From: Heptranchias perlo
Taxonomy: Eukaryota
Reading direction: 5' to 3'
Assembly (NCBI RefSeq): GCF_035084215.1
Contig: NC_090353.1
Location: forward strand, 35,774,001 to 35,838,000
Length of the DNA stretch: 64,000 nt
The translations under genes were made by a program, and so were the position numbers. Shown in pieces: positions 1-13,364 of this stretch (the stretch's first letter is position 1; each line of letters opens with the position of its first letter). The notes below the pieces were generated by a model, which was not told the origin of the DNA, did not search any database, and saw only the letters and a program-made list of their open reading frames with translations.

Positions 1-1135
1 AGAGAGTGAATGGTGGATGGAGAGAGAGTGAGTGGTGGGTGGAGAGAGAGTGAGTGGTGGGTGGAGAGAGAGTGAGTGGTGGATGGAGAGAGAGTGAGTG
101 GTGGATGGAGAGAGAGTGAGTGGTGGGTGGAGAGAGAGTGAGTGGTGGATGGAGAGAGTGAGTGGTGGATGGAGAGAGAGTGAGTGGTGGATGGAGAGAG
201 AGTGAGTGGTGGGTGGAGAGAGAGTGAGTGGTGGATGGAGAGAGAGTGAGTGGTGGATGGAGAGAGAGTGAGTGGTGGATGGAGAGAGAGTGAGTGGTGA
301 GCAGGGAGAGAGTGAGTGGTGGATGGAGAGAGAGTGAGTGGTGAGCAGGGAGAGAGAGAGTGGTGGGTGGAGAGAGAGTGAGTGGTGGATGGAGAGAGAG
401 TGAGTGGTGAGCAGGGAGAGAGTGAGTGGTGGATGGAGAGAGAGTGAGTGCTGAGCAGGGAGAGAAAGAGTGGTGGGTGGAGAGAGAGTGAGTGGTGAGC
501 AGGGAGAGAGTGAGTGGTGGGTGGAGAGAGAGTGAGTGGTGGATGGAGAGAGAGCGAGTGGTGGGTGGAGAGAGAGGGAGTGGTGGATGGAGAGAGAGTG
601 AGTGGTGGATGGAGAGAGAGTGAGTGGTGGATGGAGAGAGAGCGAGTGGTGGGTGGAGAGAGAGGGAGTGGTGGATGGAGAGAGAGTGAGTGGTGAGCAG
701 TGAGAGAGTGAGTGGTGGATGGAGAGAGAGTGAGTAGTGGGTGGAGAGAGAGTGAGTGGTGGATGGAGAGAGAGTGAGTGGTGGATGGAGAGAGAGTGAG
801 TGGTGAGCAGGGAGAGAGTGAGTGGTGGATGGAGAGAGAGTGAGTGGTGGATGGAGAGAGAGTGAGTGGTGGATGGAGAGAGAGTGAGTGGTGGATGGAG
901 AGAGAGCGAGTGGTGAGCAGGGAGAGAGTGAGTGGTGGATGGAGAGAGAGCGAGTGGTGAGCAGGGAGAGAGTGAGTGGTGGATGGAGAGAGAGTGAGTG
1001 GTGGATGGAGAGAGAGTGAGTGGTGGGTGGAGAGAGAGTGAGTGGTGGATGGAGAGAGAGTGAGTGGTGAGCAGGGAGAGAGAGAGAGTGGTGGATGGAG
1101 AGAGAGTGAGTGGTGAGCAGGGAGAGAGCGAGTGA
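1..1135. repeat. Purine-rich minisatellite, ~22-bp unit GGAGAGAGAGTGAGTGGTGGAT
   Basis: Directly visible tandem array with variants. Confidence 0.95.
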
Positions 1136-1509
1136 TGGGCAGTCTCCACATTCTGCTCTCTGCAGCTCCGTGAAGCCAGTTTAACAGTGGCCTTGATACC
1201 ATCTGGTATTCATTTGGTTCAAAAAAACTCAGCATGAGTAACTATAGGTTGTATCGACACAATTGCACGTGCACATGGACACTCGTGTGCACACGCAGTC
1301 GCACACTGACACGCGCAGGTAAACAATGCCGATTTTATTACTGATCAACTTTTTAACATATCTTTCGTGACACAAATGATGAACGTGCCCCATTCGGAGT
1401 CCAGTGCACGACAGACCCCCCCACCTTCCCCCCTCCCCCTCCCCTCTCTCCCCACTCCCTCCCCCTCACTCCCTCCCCCCTCACTCCCTCCCCCTCACTC
1501 CCTCCCCCT

Positions 1510-1870
1510 ACCATTCACAGGATGCACTGCAGCAACTCGCCAAGGCTTCTTCGACAGCGCCTCCCAAACCCGCGACCTCTACTACCTAGAAGGACAAGGG
1601 CAGCAGGCACATGGGAACAACACCACCTGCACGTTCCCCTCCAAGTCACACACCATCCCGAATTGGAAATATATCGGCCGTTCCTTCATTGTCGCTGGGT
1701 CAAAATCCTGGAGCTCCCTTCCTAACTGCACTGTGGGAGAACCGTCACCACACGGACTGCAGCGGTTCAAGAAGGCGGCTCACCACCACCTTCTCGAGGG
1801 CAATTAGGGATGGGCAATAAATGCCGGCCTCGCCAGCGACGCCCACATCCCATGAACGAATAAAACAAAA
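1510..1870 (+). mobile_element. 3' fragment of a non-LTR retrotransposon
   Basis: Translation SFIVAGSKSWSSLP...LQRFKKAAHHHL resembles LINE ORF2 C-termini; A-rich tail; the same 3' end recurs at ~35500-35620. Confidence 0.6.
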
Positions 1871-2664
1871 ACCCCAACCCCCTCCAGCACACCCCCCCGC
1901 CCCCCCTCAACCCCCGACACCCCCCCGTTACCCTCAAGCGAAACACGGGAAGGATTGATGGATTTTTTTAACAGTTTGGACAGTGCTGCGGTGCAGATTG
2001 AAGCAGCTGCTTGTGTTTCCCTGTAACGTTGGCCAGCCCTCGCGGAGAGGTGGCCAGGACTCCCTGCGGCTCAGGGAGCGCGATCAACGTTCATTTTGTA
2101 AAAGCGTCTTTCACACCGAAGCCATAAAGCTGGAGAGATCAAAGAGGCCGAGACATGAACAGAGGATCAAGCAGCAAAACTTCACACTGGGCTGGGAGGT
2201 GGGCGCTGGCTCCTTATGCCCATTGGTCAAACCAATCTTCTCATCTCCTATATTTTTACAACTAATAAATGAAACTGCTGAAAGAAAATGAAAATAATGC
2301 ACAATGTTTTTTAAACATCCCCCCCCCCCCACATCCTATGATTTTTCTCCCGGGTTTTTGCTCGTGACCTCCTGGAGATTAATCTTTAATTCCTGGAGAC
2401 TCCAGGCCAATCCTGGAGAGTTGGCAACCTCTAATCCAATGATAAGTATTTAGTATGATCGGCTGGTAAAATGTAGGGAGCCCCAAACCCCCCACAACCA
2501 CACCCCCCGACCCCCCCCCCTCTACAAGGCAAACGCCGCAGGGGGCACCAAGTTCCAGTGTGAGATTGGCAGAAACCCCTCATAGAGCGGCCTAGTTGGG
2601 CCTGGTCTGCGGAGTATCCCAGAGTTTCCTGGCTGCCTTGTAAAGGGGGCCCAGGAACCCCCTT

Positions 2665-3120
2665 ACAACAATAACAACCTGCATTTATATAGCGCCTTTA
2701 ACCGTAGTAAAACCAAGTCGCTTCACAAGAGCGATTATCAAACAAAATTTGACGCCAAGCCATATAAGGAGATATTAGGACAGGTGACCAAAAGCTTGTT
2801 CATAGGGATAGGTTTTAAGGAGAGTCTTAAAGGAGGAGAGAGAGGCGGAGAGGTCTAGGGAGGGAATTCCAGAGTTTAGGGCCTCGGCAGCTGAAGGCAC
2901 GGCCGCCAATGGTGGAGCGATGAAAATCGGGGATGGGCAAGGGGCCAGAATTGGAGGAGTGCAGAGATCTCGGAGGGTTGTAGGGCTGGAGGAGGTTTCG
3001 GAGATAGGGAGGGGGATGAGGTCATGGAGGGATTTGAAAACAAGGATGAGAATTTTAAAATTAAGGCGTTGCCTGAACAGGAGTCAGTGCAGGTCAGCGA
3101 GCACAGGGGTGATGGGTGAA
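2665..3120 (-). mobile_element. L2-like LINE 3' fragment; related copies ~20145-20415 (+) and ~22660-23025 (-)
   Basis: Minus strand ends ggcgctatataaatgca(gtt)n and contains WNSLP..LRL..S.SSFKT-type coding remnants. Confidence 0.6.
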
Positions 3121-3354
3121 CGGTCCCTCGGTTTACTGGAAGAAGGGCAAGGATTTCCTCCCAGTATCCCAGCCAACATTCCTCCCTCAAACAACATCAC
3201 CAAAAAACAGATTCACTGGCCGTTCATCTACTTGCTGCTTGTGGGATCGCACTGTGCGCAGAATGGCCTGCATCGAAACAGTGAATGCATTTCCTAGTAG
3301 CTGATTGTCCGTGAAGCACTTTGGGATGTTTGGGGGTGGAGTGAGAAGGCGTCT

Positions 3355-3680
3355 GTGGGGGGAGACCAGAACCAGGGCTCATAAATATAAGATAGCCGCC
3401 AATAAATCCAATAGGGAATTCAGGAGAAACTTCTTTACCCAGAGAGTGGGGAAAATGTGGAACTCGCTCCCACCATGGAGCAGCTGAGGCGAATAGAATA
3501 GATACATTTAAGGGGAAGCTCGATAAACACATGAGGGAGAAAGGAATAGAAGGATATGGGGATAGGGTGAGATGAAGTAGGGAGGGATGAGGCTCGTGTG
3601 GAGCATAAACACCGGCAGGGACCTGTTGGGCCGAATGGCCTGTTTCTGTGCTGTAAATTCTATGTAATTTTATGTAATAT
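3355..3680 (+). mobile_element. CR1 3' fragment; others at ~9130-9300, 11585-11950, 14280-14550 (-), 20783-21116, 29055-29485, 35915-36160
   Basis: RNFFTQRV..WNSLP translation and (ATTCTATGTA) tails. Confidence 0.8.
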
Positions 3681-4854
3681 AAATATACCTCTTTCTTTCT
3701 TACATGGTTTCCATAAGGGGGAACCTTCGGAACATTCTTAAAAAAAAAGCGTATCTAGTCGAACAAAAGGTAATTCACGAGCCCCAAACCCTGACATCCC
3801 AGGCGGTATATCACTTAACATCACAGCTGCTGTAAGTGATAGCTCTGGGTCCCTTCATTGAGTAATACACCCTGAGGAATATGGTTAGTGTGCAACCCGT
3901 CAAAGGATGGCCAGCTTCAGGATCCCGAGAGGCGAAGGATTGATTCTATCCACTGCATTAACCTAACTTTCGAGCCCTCAGACCGAGTGTTGTTTCAGTC
4001 TCCCCTTTCCTGCACTGTAACGTACATCTTCATTACTGATTATTTAACACAAACCTGTCCAGATATTTCATTAATCAGGTACTGTCAGCGCTGAGGAGGC
4101 TGCAATGAGATCGCCCTGTACGCAGTGTATCCAATGCCTTCCGCACAAACAGGTTTCATGAATTGACTAATGCGGGCAACTCCCCAGTGACCCCGATCTG
4201 TTTCCTATTGACGTCTCTGACAGGAGGTTCCGCATGTGGTACCCCCATGGCCTGGGTGGGTAATTGTGCCATCTGTGATAATGCTCAGTCGCACCAGCTC
4301 GGATTGGCCTGAGGTGCAGCCCCATTCTGTGCTGAATTAACTAACATCGGTGAAGTTGACCGTGGGGGGAGGGGGGGTGTATATTTGACCTCAGCGCCCC
4401 TGAGCTAGGGAGAGGGGGAGTGAGGGTAAACACTCAGCCACACTTCCTGCATCTGATCCCCATTCTGTGATCACGGCTGGAAACCGCGTGTGTGGCTGTG
4501 TGTTTCTGTGTGTGTACAAACTTCATGTACCCCTGTGGTTGAATAACCTGCCGGCGCCCTCTCTCCCCGGGTTCACACAGGACACCAAGCAGAGGGGAGG
4601 TCGGGATACTCTGGCAGTAAGCCGGTTGATCTGTCACTTTCCCAACAACGGCACCCCTTAGAATCACTAGTCGCCGCCCCGGGTATTTTGGGGAACTCTC
4701 ACTTTGCTCCAACACCTTTCGCTGGCAACAATCGCCCCGAAGTCGAATGCTTCATGTCTCCGAGGGCAAAGGGGACTCTCCTTTTCCTAATTTTCTCTCC
4801 TTGAAGGGACTGTTTACAGTTCCATTGCAGTTGGATTATTTATTTGTGAGCTTA

Positions 4855-5296
4855 GAAAGAATGAACTTGCATTTAAACTGCAGTTTTCACAACCTCAGGA
4901 CGTCCCAAAGTGTTTTACAGCCAATGAAGTACTTTTTGAAGTGTAGTCACTGTTGTAATGTAAGAAACACTTCGGCCAATTTGCGCACAGCAAGATCCCA
5001 CAAACAGGAATGATATAAATGACCAAGTAATCGGTTTTGGTGATGTTGGTTGAGGGATAAATATTGTCCAGAACTCCCCAGCTCTTCTTCTAAATAGTGC
5101 TACCTGATCATTAACATCTACCTGAGAGGGCAGACAGGGCCTTGGTTTAAGGTATCTATCTGAAAGACGGCATCTCCAACAATGCCGCACTCCCTCAGTA
5201 CTGTACAGAGGTGTCTGCCTAGGTTTTGTGCTTAAGTCTCATGGAGTGGGACTCGAACCCACAACCTTCTGGCATACAGAGGCACTGAGCCACAGC
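4855..5296 (-). mobile_element. DeuSINE-like tRNA-derived SINE
   Basis: tRNA-like head (ggctcagtg...gggttcgagtccc), central gatgagacgttaaaccgaggccc-type core, L2-type tail. Confidence 0.7.
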
Positions 5297-5504
5297 TAAC
5301 ACTTTAAACACAGCTTGTGACGAGTCAACAATGGAAAGGATCATAATCGAGCCTGATTTTGATCTCACCCGATGTTCCCCACCTCAGCTAACTGAGCACA
5401 AGCCAGGGAGTAAGTCTGGAATCTTCCTGGTCAAATGCTCGGGTTCCACATCGGCCGGCGCACTCAATGAGCCATCAGGGGACTTCACCGCCCAACGGCT
5501 TTGG

Positions 5505-6092
5505 GTGTCAGTCGGGGCTCAGTGGTGGAGCACTCTCACCTCTGAGTCAGAGGGTCATGGGTTCAAGCCCCACTCCAGAGACTTGAGCACAAAATCCAGG
5601 CTGACGTACCTCAGCACTGAGGGAATGCCGCTCTGTCGGAAGTGCCGTCTTTCTGGCGAGACGTTAAACCCGAGGCCCCGTCTGCCCTCTCGGGTGGATG
5701 TAAAAGATCCCATGGCCACTATTTTGAAGAAGAGCGGGGGAGTTCTCCCCGGTGTCCTGGGTCAATATTTATCCCTCAACCAACATCACTAAAGTGTCAG
5801 TGGGGACCACTCTTGCCTCTGAGTCAGTAGGTTGTGGGTTCAAGTGAGCACAAATATCTAGGCTGACACTAGATCCTGGCCAATTGTTACCCCTCAACCA
5901 ACATCACTAAAAACAGATTATCTGGTCATTATCACATTGCTGTTTGTGGGATCTTGCTGTGCGCAAATTGGCTGAAGAGTTTCCTACATTACAACAGCGA
6001 CTACACTTCAAAAAGTACTTCATTGACTGTAAAGCCCCTTTGGGACGTCCTGAGGTGGTGAAAGGCGCTATATAAATGCAAGTCCTTTCTTT
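5505..6092 (+). mobile_element. DeuSINE-like SINE (rearranged/nested); family copies ~8420-8820 (+), 19420-19812 (+), 24505-24965 (-), 26440-26795 (-), 37415-37878 (+) and their duplicates
   Basis: Shared consensus ...aaagatcccatggcactatt.gaagaagagcaggggagttctccccggtgtcctgg...gtgaaaggcgctatataaatgcaagtctttc. Confidence 0.75.
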
Positions 6093-6504
6093 CATGCTTT
6101 TAACCTTCAGTCTGGGTATGAAGCTGCCCTCAGAAGTGACAGGATGGGTCTGAGACTCGGCTCGGATCCAGGACACTCAAATCTCTGAAAGGAATGAAGA
6201 AAACAACTGCTGCTTAAACAATCTTCCACATTGACCGAAAAACATAACACGGTTTAAAGAATGTGAAGAATGAGAAGGGACATCCTGAATGGTGCCAAAA
6301 TCCTGGCCCTTTCCTCATTTGGCAGAGACAAAAACAACACTCGCTTTGAGGTGTGGATACAAATACTGGTTGTAAAAATTTGCAGGATGATTGAGAGAAT
6401 GAGTAATGGGCAGAGAGAGGTGCCAAGGTTACATATCAGACAGACTAAACACTCCGTGTCTGTCTCTCTAGACCAAACCTCAAGTTGAATGATTGAGTGG
6501 TTGG

Positions 6505-8143
6505 TGTGAATGACTGACTGGTTAGTGAGAATGACTGACTGTCACTGAGAATGACTAATTGGTTATTGTGAATAACTGACTGGTTACTGAGAATGACTAA
6601 CTGGTTACTGTGAATAACTGACTGGTTACTGAGAATGACTGACTGGTCACTGAGAATGACTAACTGGTTACTGTGAATAACTGACTGGTTACTGAGAATG
6701 ACTAACTGGTTATTGTGAATAACTGACTGGTTAGTGAGAATGACTGACTGGTCACTGAGAATAACTGACTGGTTAGTGAGAATGACTGACTGTCACTGAG
6801 AATGACTAACTGGTTATTGTGAATAACTGACTGGTTAGTGAGAATGACTCACTGGTCACTGAGAATAACTGACTGGTTAGTGAGAATGACTGACTGGTCA
6901 CTGAGAATGACTAACTGGTTATTGTGAATAACTAACTGGTTACTGAGAATGACTGACTGGTCACTGTGAATAACTGACTGGTTAGTGAGAATGACTGACT
7001 GGTCACTGTGAATAACTGACTGGTTAGTGAGAATAACTGACTGGTTAGTGAGAATGACTGACTGGTTATTGTGAATAACTGACTGGTTACTGAGAATGAC
7101 TGACTGGTCACTGAGAATGACTAACTGGTTATTGTGAATAACTGACTGGTTAGTGAGAATGACTGACTGGTCACTGTGAATAACTGACTGGTTAGTGAGA
7201 ATGACTGACTGGTCACTGTGAATAACTGACTGGTTAGTGAGAATAACTGGTCACTGAGAATGACTGACTGGTCACTGAGAATGACTAACTGGTTATTGTG
7301 AATAACTGACTGGTTACTGAGAATGACTGACTGGTCACTGAGAATGACTAACTAGTTATTGTGAATAACTGACTGGTTACTGAGAATGACTGACTGGTCA
7401 CTGAGAATGACTAACTGGTTATTGTGAATAACTGACTGGTTACTGAGAATGACTGACTGGTCACTGAGAATGACTAACTGGTTATTGTGAATAACTGACT
7501 GGTTAGTGAGAATGACTGACTGGTCACTGTGAATAACTGACTGGTTAGTGAGAATGACTGACTGGTCACTGTGAATAACTGACTGGTTAGTGAGAATGAC
7601 TGACTGTCACTGAGAATGACTAACTGGTTACTGTGAATAACTGACTGGTTACTGAGAATGACTGACTGGTCACTGAGAATGACTAACTGGTTATTGTGAA
7701 TAACTGACTGGTTACTGAGAATGACTGACTGGTCACTGAGAATGACTAACTGGTTATTGTGAATAACTGACTGGTTAGTGAGAATGACTGACTGGTCACT
7801 GTGAATAACTGACTGGTTAGTGAGAATGACTGACTGGTCACTGTGAATAACTGACTGGTTAGTGAGAATAACTGACTGGTTAGTGAGAATGACTGGTCAC
7901 TGAGAATAACTGACTGGTTAGTGAGAATGACTGACTGGTTAGTGAGAATGACTGGTCACTGAGAATAACTGACTGGTTAGTGAGAATGACTGACTGGTTA
8001 GTGAGAATGACTGGTCACTGAGAATAACTGACTGGTTAGTGAGAATGACTGACTGGTTAGTGAGAATGACTGGTCACTGAGAATGACTGACTGGTTAGTG
8101 AGAATGACTGACTGGTTACTGAGAATGACTGGTTAGTGAGAAT
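6505..8143. repeat. Minisatellite, ~21-bp unit TGAGAATGACTGACTGGTTAG with higher-order variants
   Basis: Directly visible tandem array. Confidence 0.95.
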
Positions 8144-9711
8144 GGCACCAACAGTGTGTGTCCAAACATTGTTTTTCATTCAAGTGCATCAACCAAATCT
8201 GAACACTGACATCTTGTCACAAAAAAAAGTGTAAATTTAGTGCTCCCAGTCAGAAACCACGATCCAAGGGAATGCGGGTTGGAGAATCGACAATTACAAT
8301 GTGCAGCCCAACCTCTGACCCATGCTCCTGTTATATCCAAAAAAACACTCAACTTGGTGTGGTAATGTGGTGGCTGCTTTTATTTCAAACTTTCTGGAAC
8401 TGCTGCAATGCAGTTGTTCCCACTCCAGAGACTTGAGTACATAATCCAGGCTGACACTCCCGGTGCAGTACTGAGGGAGTGCTGCACTGTCGGAGGTGCC
8501 ATCTCTCGGGTGAGACGTTAAACCGAGGCCCCGTCTGCCTTCTCAGGTGGACGTAAAAGATCCCATGGCCACTATTTTGAAGAAGAGCAGGGGGAGTTCT
8601 CCCCAGGTGTCCTGGGTCAATATTTATCCCTCAACCAACATCACCAAAACAGATTATCTGGTCATTTATCTCATTGCTGTTTGTGGGATCTTGCTGTGCG
8701 CAAATTGGCTGCCGCGTTTCCTACCATTACAACAGTGACTACACTTCAAAAAAGTACTTCATTGGCTTTGGGATGTCGTGAGGTGGTGAAAGGCGCTATA
8801 TAAATACAAGTCTTTCTTTTGTTTCTTTCCCATCTTGTGTTCAATCAACAATATGCGAGTACGATACATACCAGCTCCAAAAGTGGGACTTGCTACAGGG
8901 TAAACTGAATCTACCCTATCACGTCTTGGTGATACTTTATTAACCTTTTAACGTTCTGCACCATGGGCCTTGACCTTACATCTGGGTTCTCAATACAGCA
9001 TAGCTGGTCGGAAGGGACCAAGGGGAAGTGGCTTTGAGCAGCCTGAGACCAGGGTCTAGTGGATGGTACCTCCAAAGTACAAAACTGTCCAAATTTGGAA
9101 GTCCTGGGAGAGTGGGGAACATAGGAACATAGGGGGTCCAGAACGAGGGGTCACAGTCTCAGGATACGGGGTAGGACATTTAGGACTGAGATGAGGAGAA
9201 ATTTCTTCACTCAGAGGGTGGTGAACCTGTGGAATTCTCTACCACAGAAGGCAGTGGAGGCCAAGTCACTGAATATATTCAAGATGGAGCGAGATAGATT
9301 CAGCCCCTCAGGTCTGTTCCCCCATTCAATTAGATCACGGATGATCTGTATCTTAGCTCCATTTACCTACCTTGGTTCCATAACCCTTAATCCCCTTGCC
9401 TAACAAAAATCGATCAATCTCAGTGTTGAAATTTCCAGTTGACCCCCCAGCCTCAACAGCTTTTTGGGGGGAGAGAGTTCCAGATTTCCACTCCCCTTTG
9501 TGTGAAGAAGTGCTTCCTGACATCACCCCTGAACGGCCTGGCTCTAATTTTAAGGTTATTCCTCCTTGTTCTGGACTCCCCCCACCACAGGAAATAGTTT
9601 CTCTCCATCTACCCTATCAAATTTTTTCACCATCTTAAACACCTTGCAAGTGGGACAGGCTGCTGTGTGGGTGATGGAAGAGCTGGTATCTGAGACTGGG
9701 ACAGGCAGTTC

Positions 9712-10395
9712 CTGTACCCCCCAGTACTGTACCCCAGTGTTATACAGTGACAGACCTGTACCCACCAGTACTGTACCCCAGTGTTATACAGTGACAGACC
9801 TGTACCCCCCAGTACTGTACCCCAGTGTTATACAGTGACAGACCTGTGCCCACCAGTACTGTACCCCAGTGTTATACAGTGACAGACCTAGACCCCCCAG
9901 TACTGTACCCCAGTGTTATACAGTGACAGACCTAGACACCCCAGTACTGTACCCCAGTGTTATACAGTGACAGACCTGTGCCCACCAGTACTGTACCCCA
10001 GTGTTATACAGTGACAGACCTGTACCCACCAGTACTGAACCCCAGTGTTATACAGTGACAGACCTGTACCCACCAGTACTGTACCCCAGTGTTATACAGT
10101 GACAGACCTGTACCCACCAGTACTGTACCCCAGTGTTATACAGTGACAGACTTGTACCCACCAGTACTGTACCCCAGTGTTATACGGTGACAGACCTGTA
10201 CCCACCAGTACTGTACCCCAGTGTTATACAGTGACAGACCTGTACCCACCAGTACTGTACCCCAGTGTTATACAGTGACAGACCTGTACCCACCAGTACT
10301 GTACCCCAGTGTTATACAGTGACAGACCTGTACCCACCAGTACTGTACCCCAGTGTTATACAGTGACAGACCTGTGCCCACCAGTACTGTACCCC
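9712..10395. repeat. Minisatellite, 44-bp unit CCAGTACTGTACCCCAGTGTTATACAGTGACAGACCTGTACCCA
   Basis: Period 44 (9721 to 9765), about 15 copies. Confidence 0.95.
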
Positions 10396-10984
10396 ATGTT
10401 CAACGGCTCAAAATGCTCCCTCCCTAGACACAGCGCACATTTGGAGAGACACAATTTAGAATTGTTGGACTGGATAATTTTCACAATTGATGTACGAAAG
10501 TTTCACACACCAATTGGTACATTGGACAGCCCCGAACATTCCCACCTGCGAGTAATATTATCCAGTGGTCCGTACCCACAAGTATTAGAAACTTCACTCA
10601 GTTGACTGTTAAAGCAACGAGGGAGTAAAGATTATAAAATACACTTTAAGATGCAATGGGTTTACATGAAACCCCAATGAGGAAATGCAGCCAGTGCTCT
10701 GCAACCGTAGTCTCCACTGCCACCTGGTGTCCATATCCTGCATCAGCAGCAAGGCTAACACCAGAACCCAACAAGCAAAGGAGCCTGAATTCCTTCGTGC
10801 CCCAAACCGGGGGGGGGGGGGGGCACAGGGGTGATTCCGGCGATGCGCAGTGACAGAGGGCCAGAACGGAGAGGCCCGAGGACTGAAGAAAATCCTTGGG
10901 GCTTGATGGAATAAATTCGGCGAGCTGTGGGAGACAATTATGCCCAATTTTGCCCCATGCCGAGGCCCAGAGGTTAGGTCCAAG

Positions 10985-11485
10985 AGGAGGGGGATGGGGG
11001 GGGGTAGAGAGAGGGTGGAGGAGGCAAGAGAGAGGGGAGGGGAGAGAGAGGGAGGCGAGAGCGAGGAGGGAGAGAGGGGGAGAGACGGGGTAGAGAGAGG
11101 GGAGGAGGAGAGAGGGGAGGGGGACAGAGGGGGGAGAGGCGAGATAGGGGGAGAGGTGAAAGAGAGGGGAGGAGAGTGAGGGTAGAGGGGGAGAGAGGGG
11201 AGAGAGGGGGAGGGGAGAAAGGGGGAGAGAGGGGAAGGGGAGAGAGGGGGAGAGGCGAGAAAGAGGGGGAGAGAGAGCGGAGGGGGAGAGAGAGCGGAGG
11301 GGGAGAGGCGAGAAAGAGGGGGAGAGAGAGCGGAGGGGGAGAGAGAGCGGAGGGGGAGAGGTGCGAGAGGAGGGGCAGAGGCGAGTGAGGGGGGGAGGGG
11401 AGCAGGAGGGGTTGGCAAGTGAGGGGTGGTGAGCGAGAGGAGTTGGAGAGGTGAGTGAGAGTGGAGGGGGGAGGCAAGTGAGATG
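10985..11485. repeat. G/A-rich low-complexity tract
   Basis: Polypurine run; explains the Pro/Leu/Ser-rich minus-strand ORFs. Confidence 0.9.
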
Positions 11486-12006
11486 GGAGAGTTGAGGGTG
11501 GCCCCAGCAGTTGGTTTGTGGAGCCAGGGTGAGGAACTCCTTCTGAATCCACAAAACATTAAACCTTTTCTACATTTTGGGGGCAGGAGGTTGAGGGATG
11601 ATCCGATCGAGGAGTTTAAAATGTTACAAGGATTCGATAGAGTCGATACCGAGAAACTATTTCCTCTCCTGGGGGAATCGAGAACATGGGAACATAATCT
11701 TAAAATTGGAGCTCGGCCGTACCGGGTCACCCGAAGGGGAGTGGAAATCTGGAACTCTCTCCCCCAAAGGCTGTGGATGCTGGGGGTCAATTGGAGCTTT
11801 GGAGGCTGAGATAGATGGATTTTTTGTTGGGTTGGGGTATCGAGGGATACGGAGCAAAGGCGGGAAAATGGAGTTGAGTTGCAGATCAGCCATGATCTAA
11901 TTGAATGATGGAGCAGGCTCGAGGGGCTGAATGGCCTCCTCCTGTTCCTATCTGTGGCCCCTTTGACCGAGGATTCCCCGCTGGAAGCAAGGATTTACCC
12001 CTAACC

Positions 12007-12586
12007 CAGTGCTGTCCAATAACTTAGCCACCAGCCACATGTGGCTAATTGGGATTCCAGATGTGGCTAATTGCATTTCTGATTAGTAAATATAAAATGA
12101 GTAATAGACACCATCGTTGGTCATGTGATCTCAATACTCACACCGCGTAGGCATGTGAACTTTAACCTTTTTGTGAGTTTGTTGGTTAAAAGCAGAGAGT
12201 GCGAGTGATTTTTGATTGTTGTGAGTGTTTTACTTCCGTGGTTACTGAATGGTGGGAGATGTTTATTAAGTAAATATACACGTTACATAGAATTACATTG
12301 TAGTTACAGCACAGAAACAGGCCATTCGGCCCAACGGGTCCATGCCGGCGTTTATGCTCCACACGAGCCTCCTCCCATCCCTCTTCATCTCACCCTCTCA
12401 CCATATCCTTCCATTCCTTTCTCCCTCATTCGTTTATCCAGCTTCCCCTTAAATGCATCTACATGTGCCGTACATTTACCCGTATTGTGTGTGAGGCGTT
12501 TTCGACTAAAATTAGTGCCTGCAGCTAAAATTGTGTCACCGTAGCCTCAGCTGTGGCTGGTCAGTGATTTCTATTGGACGTCACTG
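12007..12586. mobile_element. hAT-Charlie (MER3-like) non-autonomous DNA transposon with an internal CR1 fragment (~12285-12460)
   Basis: TIRs CAGTGCTGTCCAATA / TATTGGACGTCACTG (13/15); subterminal agccacatgtggct; flanks share only CTAA, so the TSD is degenerate. Confidence 0.55.
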
Positions 12587-13364
12587 GGCTAAATGTAACA
12601 ATGAGGATAAAGCCGCTGGATTGGGAATGGCCACCAGATGGGGGCCGAGCCCTGATAAAATGAACCTTGATGGGAAGTCCCAGTGACTCTTCTCTCAGGG
12701 ACTGGCAGCTTAAACTTGCCTTCAATAAGGTTTATGCCACATAAGTGGTCTGATTTCTCCCCTGGATGGCCTGGCTTTAATTTTAAGATTGTGCCCTCTT
12801 GTCCTGAATTCCCCCACCGGAGGAAATAGTTTCTCCGCATCAAACCTATCGGATCCTTTTAACATTTTAAACACCTCGATCAGGTCGCCCCCTCGGTCTC
12901 CTAAACTCGAGGGAACACAGGCCTTTGCTCGTGCCCAGGGGCCCCAGACAAATGTGGGGAGATAGGAACAGGAGTCGTTCTAGAGTTTGGATGGTGCTCG
13001 ATCCTGGTGCAGCCCCGCGCGCGCCTGAAGAGGCCGGGCGGCAGGAACCCGGCAAGTTGGTAAAGGAGCTTTGGGTGCAATTCTTCGGCCCCGGCTCACC
13101 GGTCCCGGTTGGTCGGTAAGATCGGCCGGCTGGGTCGCTGGCCAATCGAGGACCTAGGGTGAGTCCGGGGGGGAGGGGGCAAGCGGGATGGAGGCGGGGG
13201 GGGGGGGGGGGGGGTGGGGGGCGAGCAGGAGGGAGGGGGGGGAGGGGGGCCGAGCGGAGGGAGGGGGTTTAAATGCTGAGTGGGGGAGGGGAGGGACGTT
13301 CCTGCTCCTCCCGTCTCCACATTCAGGGAAGTGTTTTTTTAGAATCATAGAATCGTTACAGCGA

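Noticed and set aside
5505-5580. tRNA gene
   Set aside because: It is the tRNA-derived head of a SINE, followed by the SINE body.
9712-10395. CRISPR-like appearance of regular repeats (also 21843-22121)
   Set aside because: Head-to-tail repeats with no unique spacers, no cas genes, and a eukaryotic context.
10609-11790. Long Pro/Leu/Ser-rich minus-strand ORFs
   Set aside because: Translation of a polypurine low-complexity tract plus a CR1 fragment.
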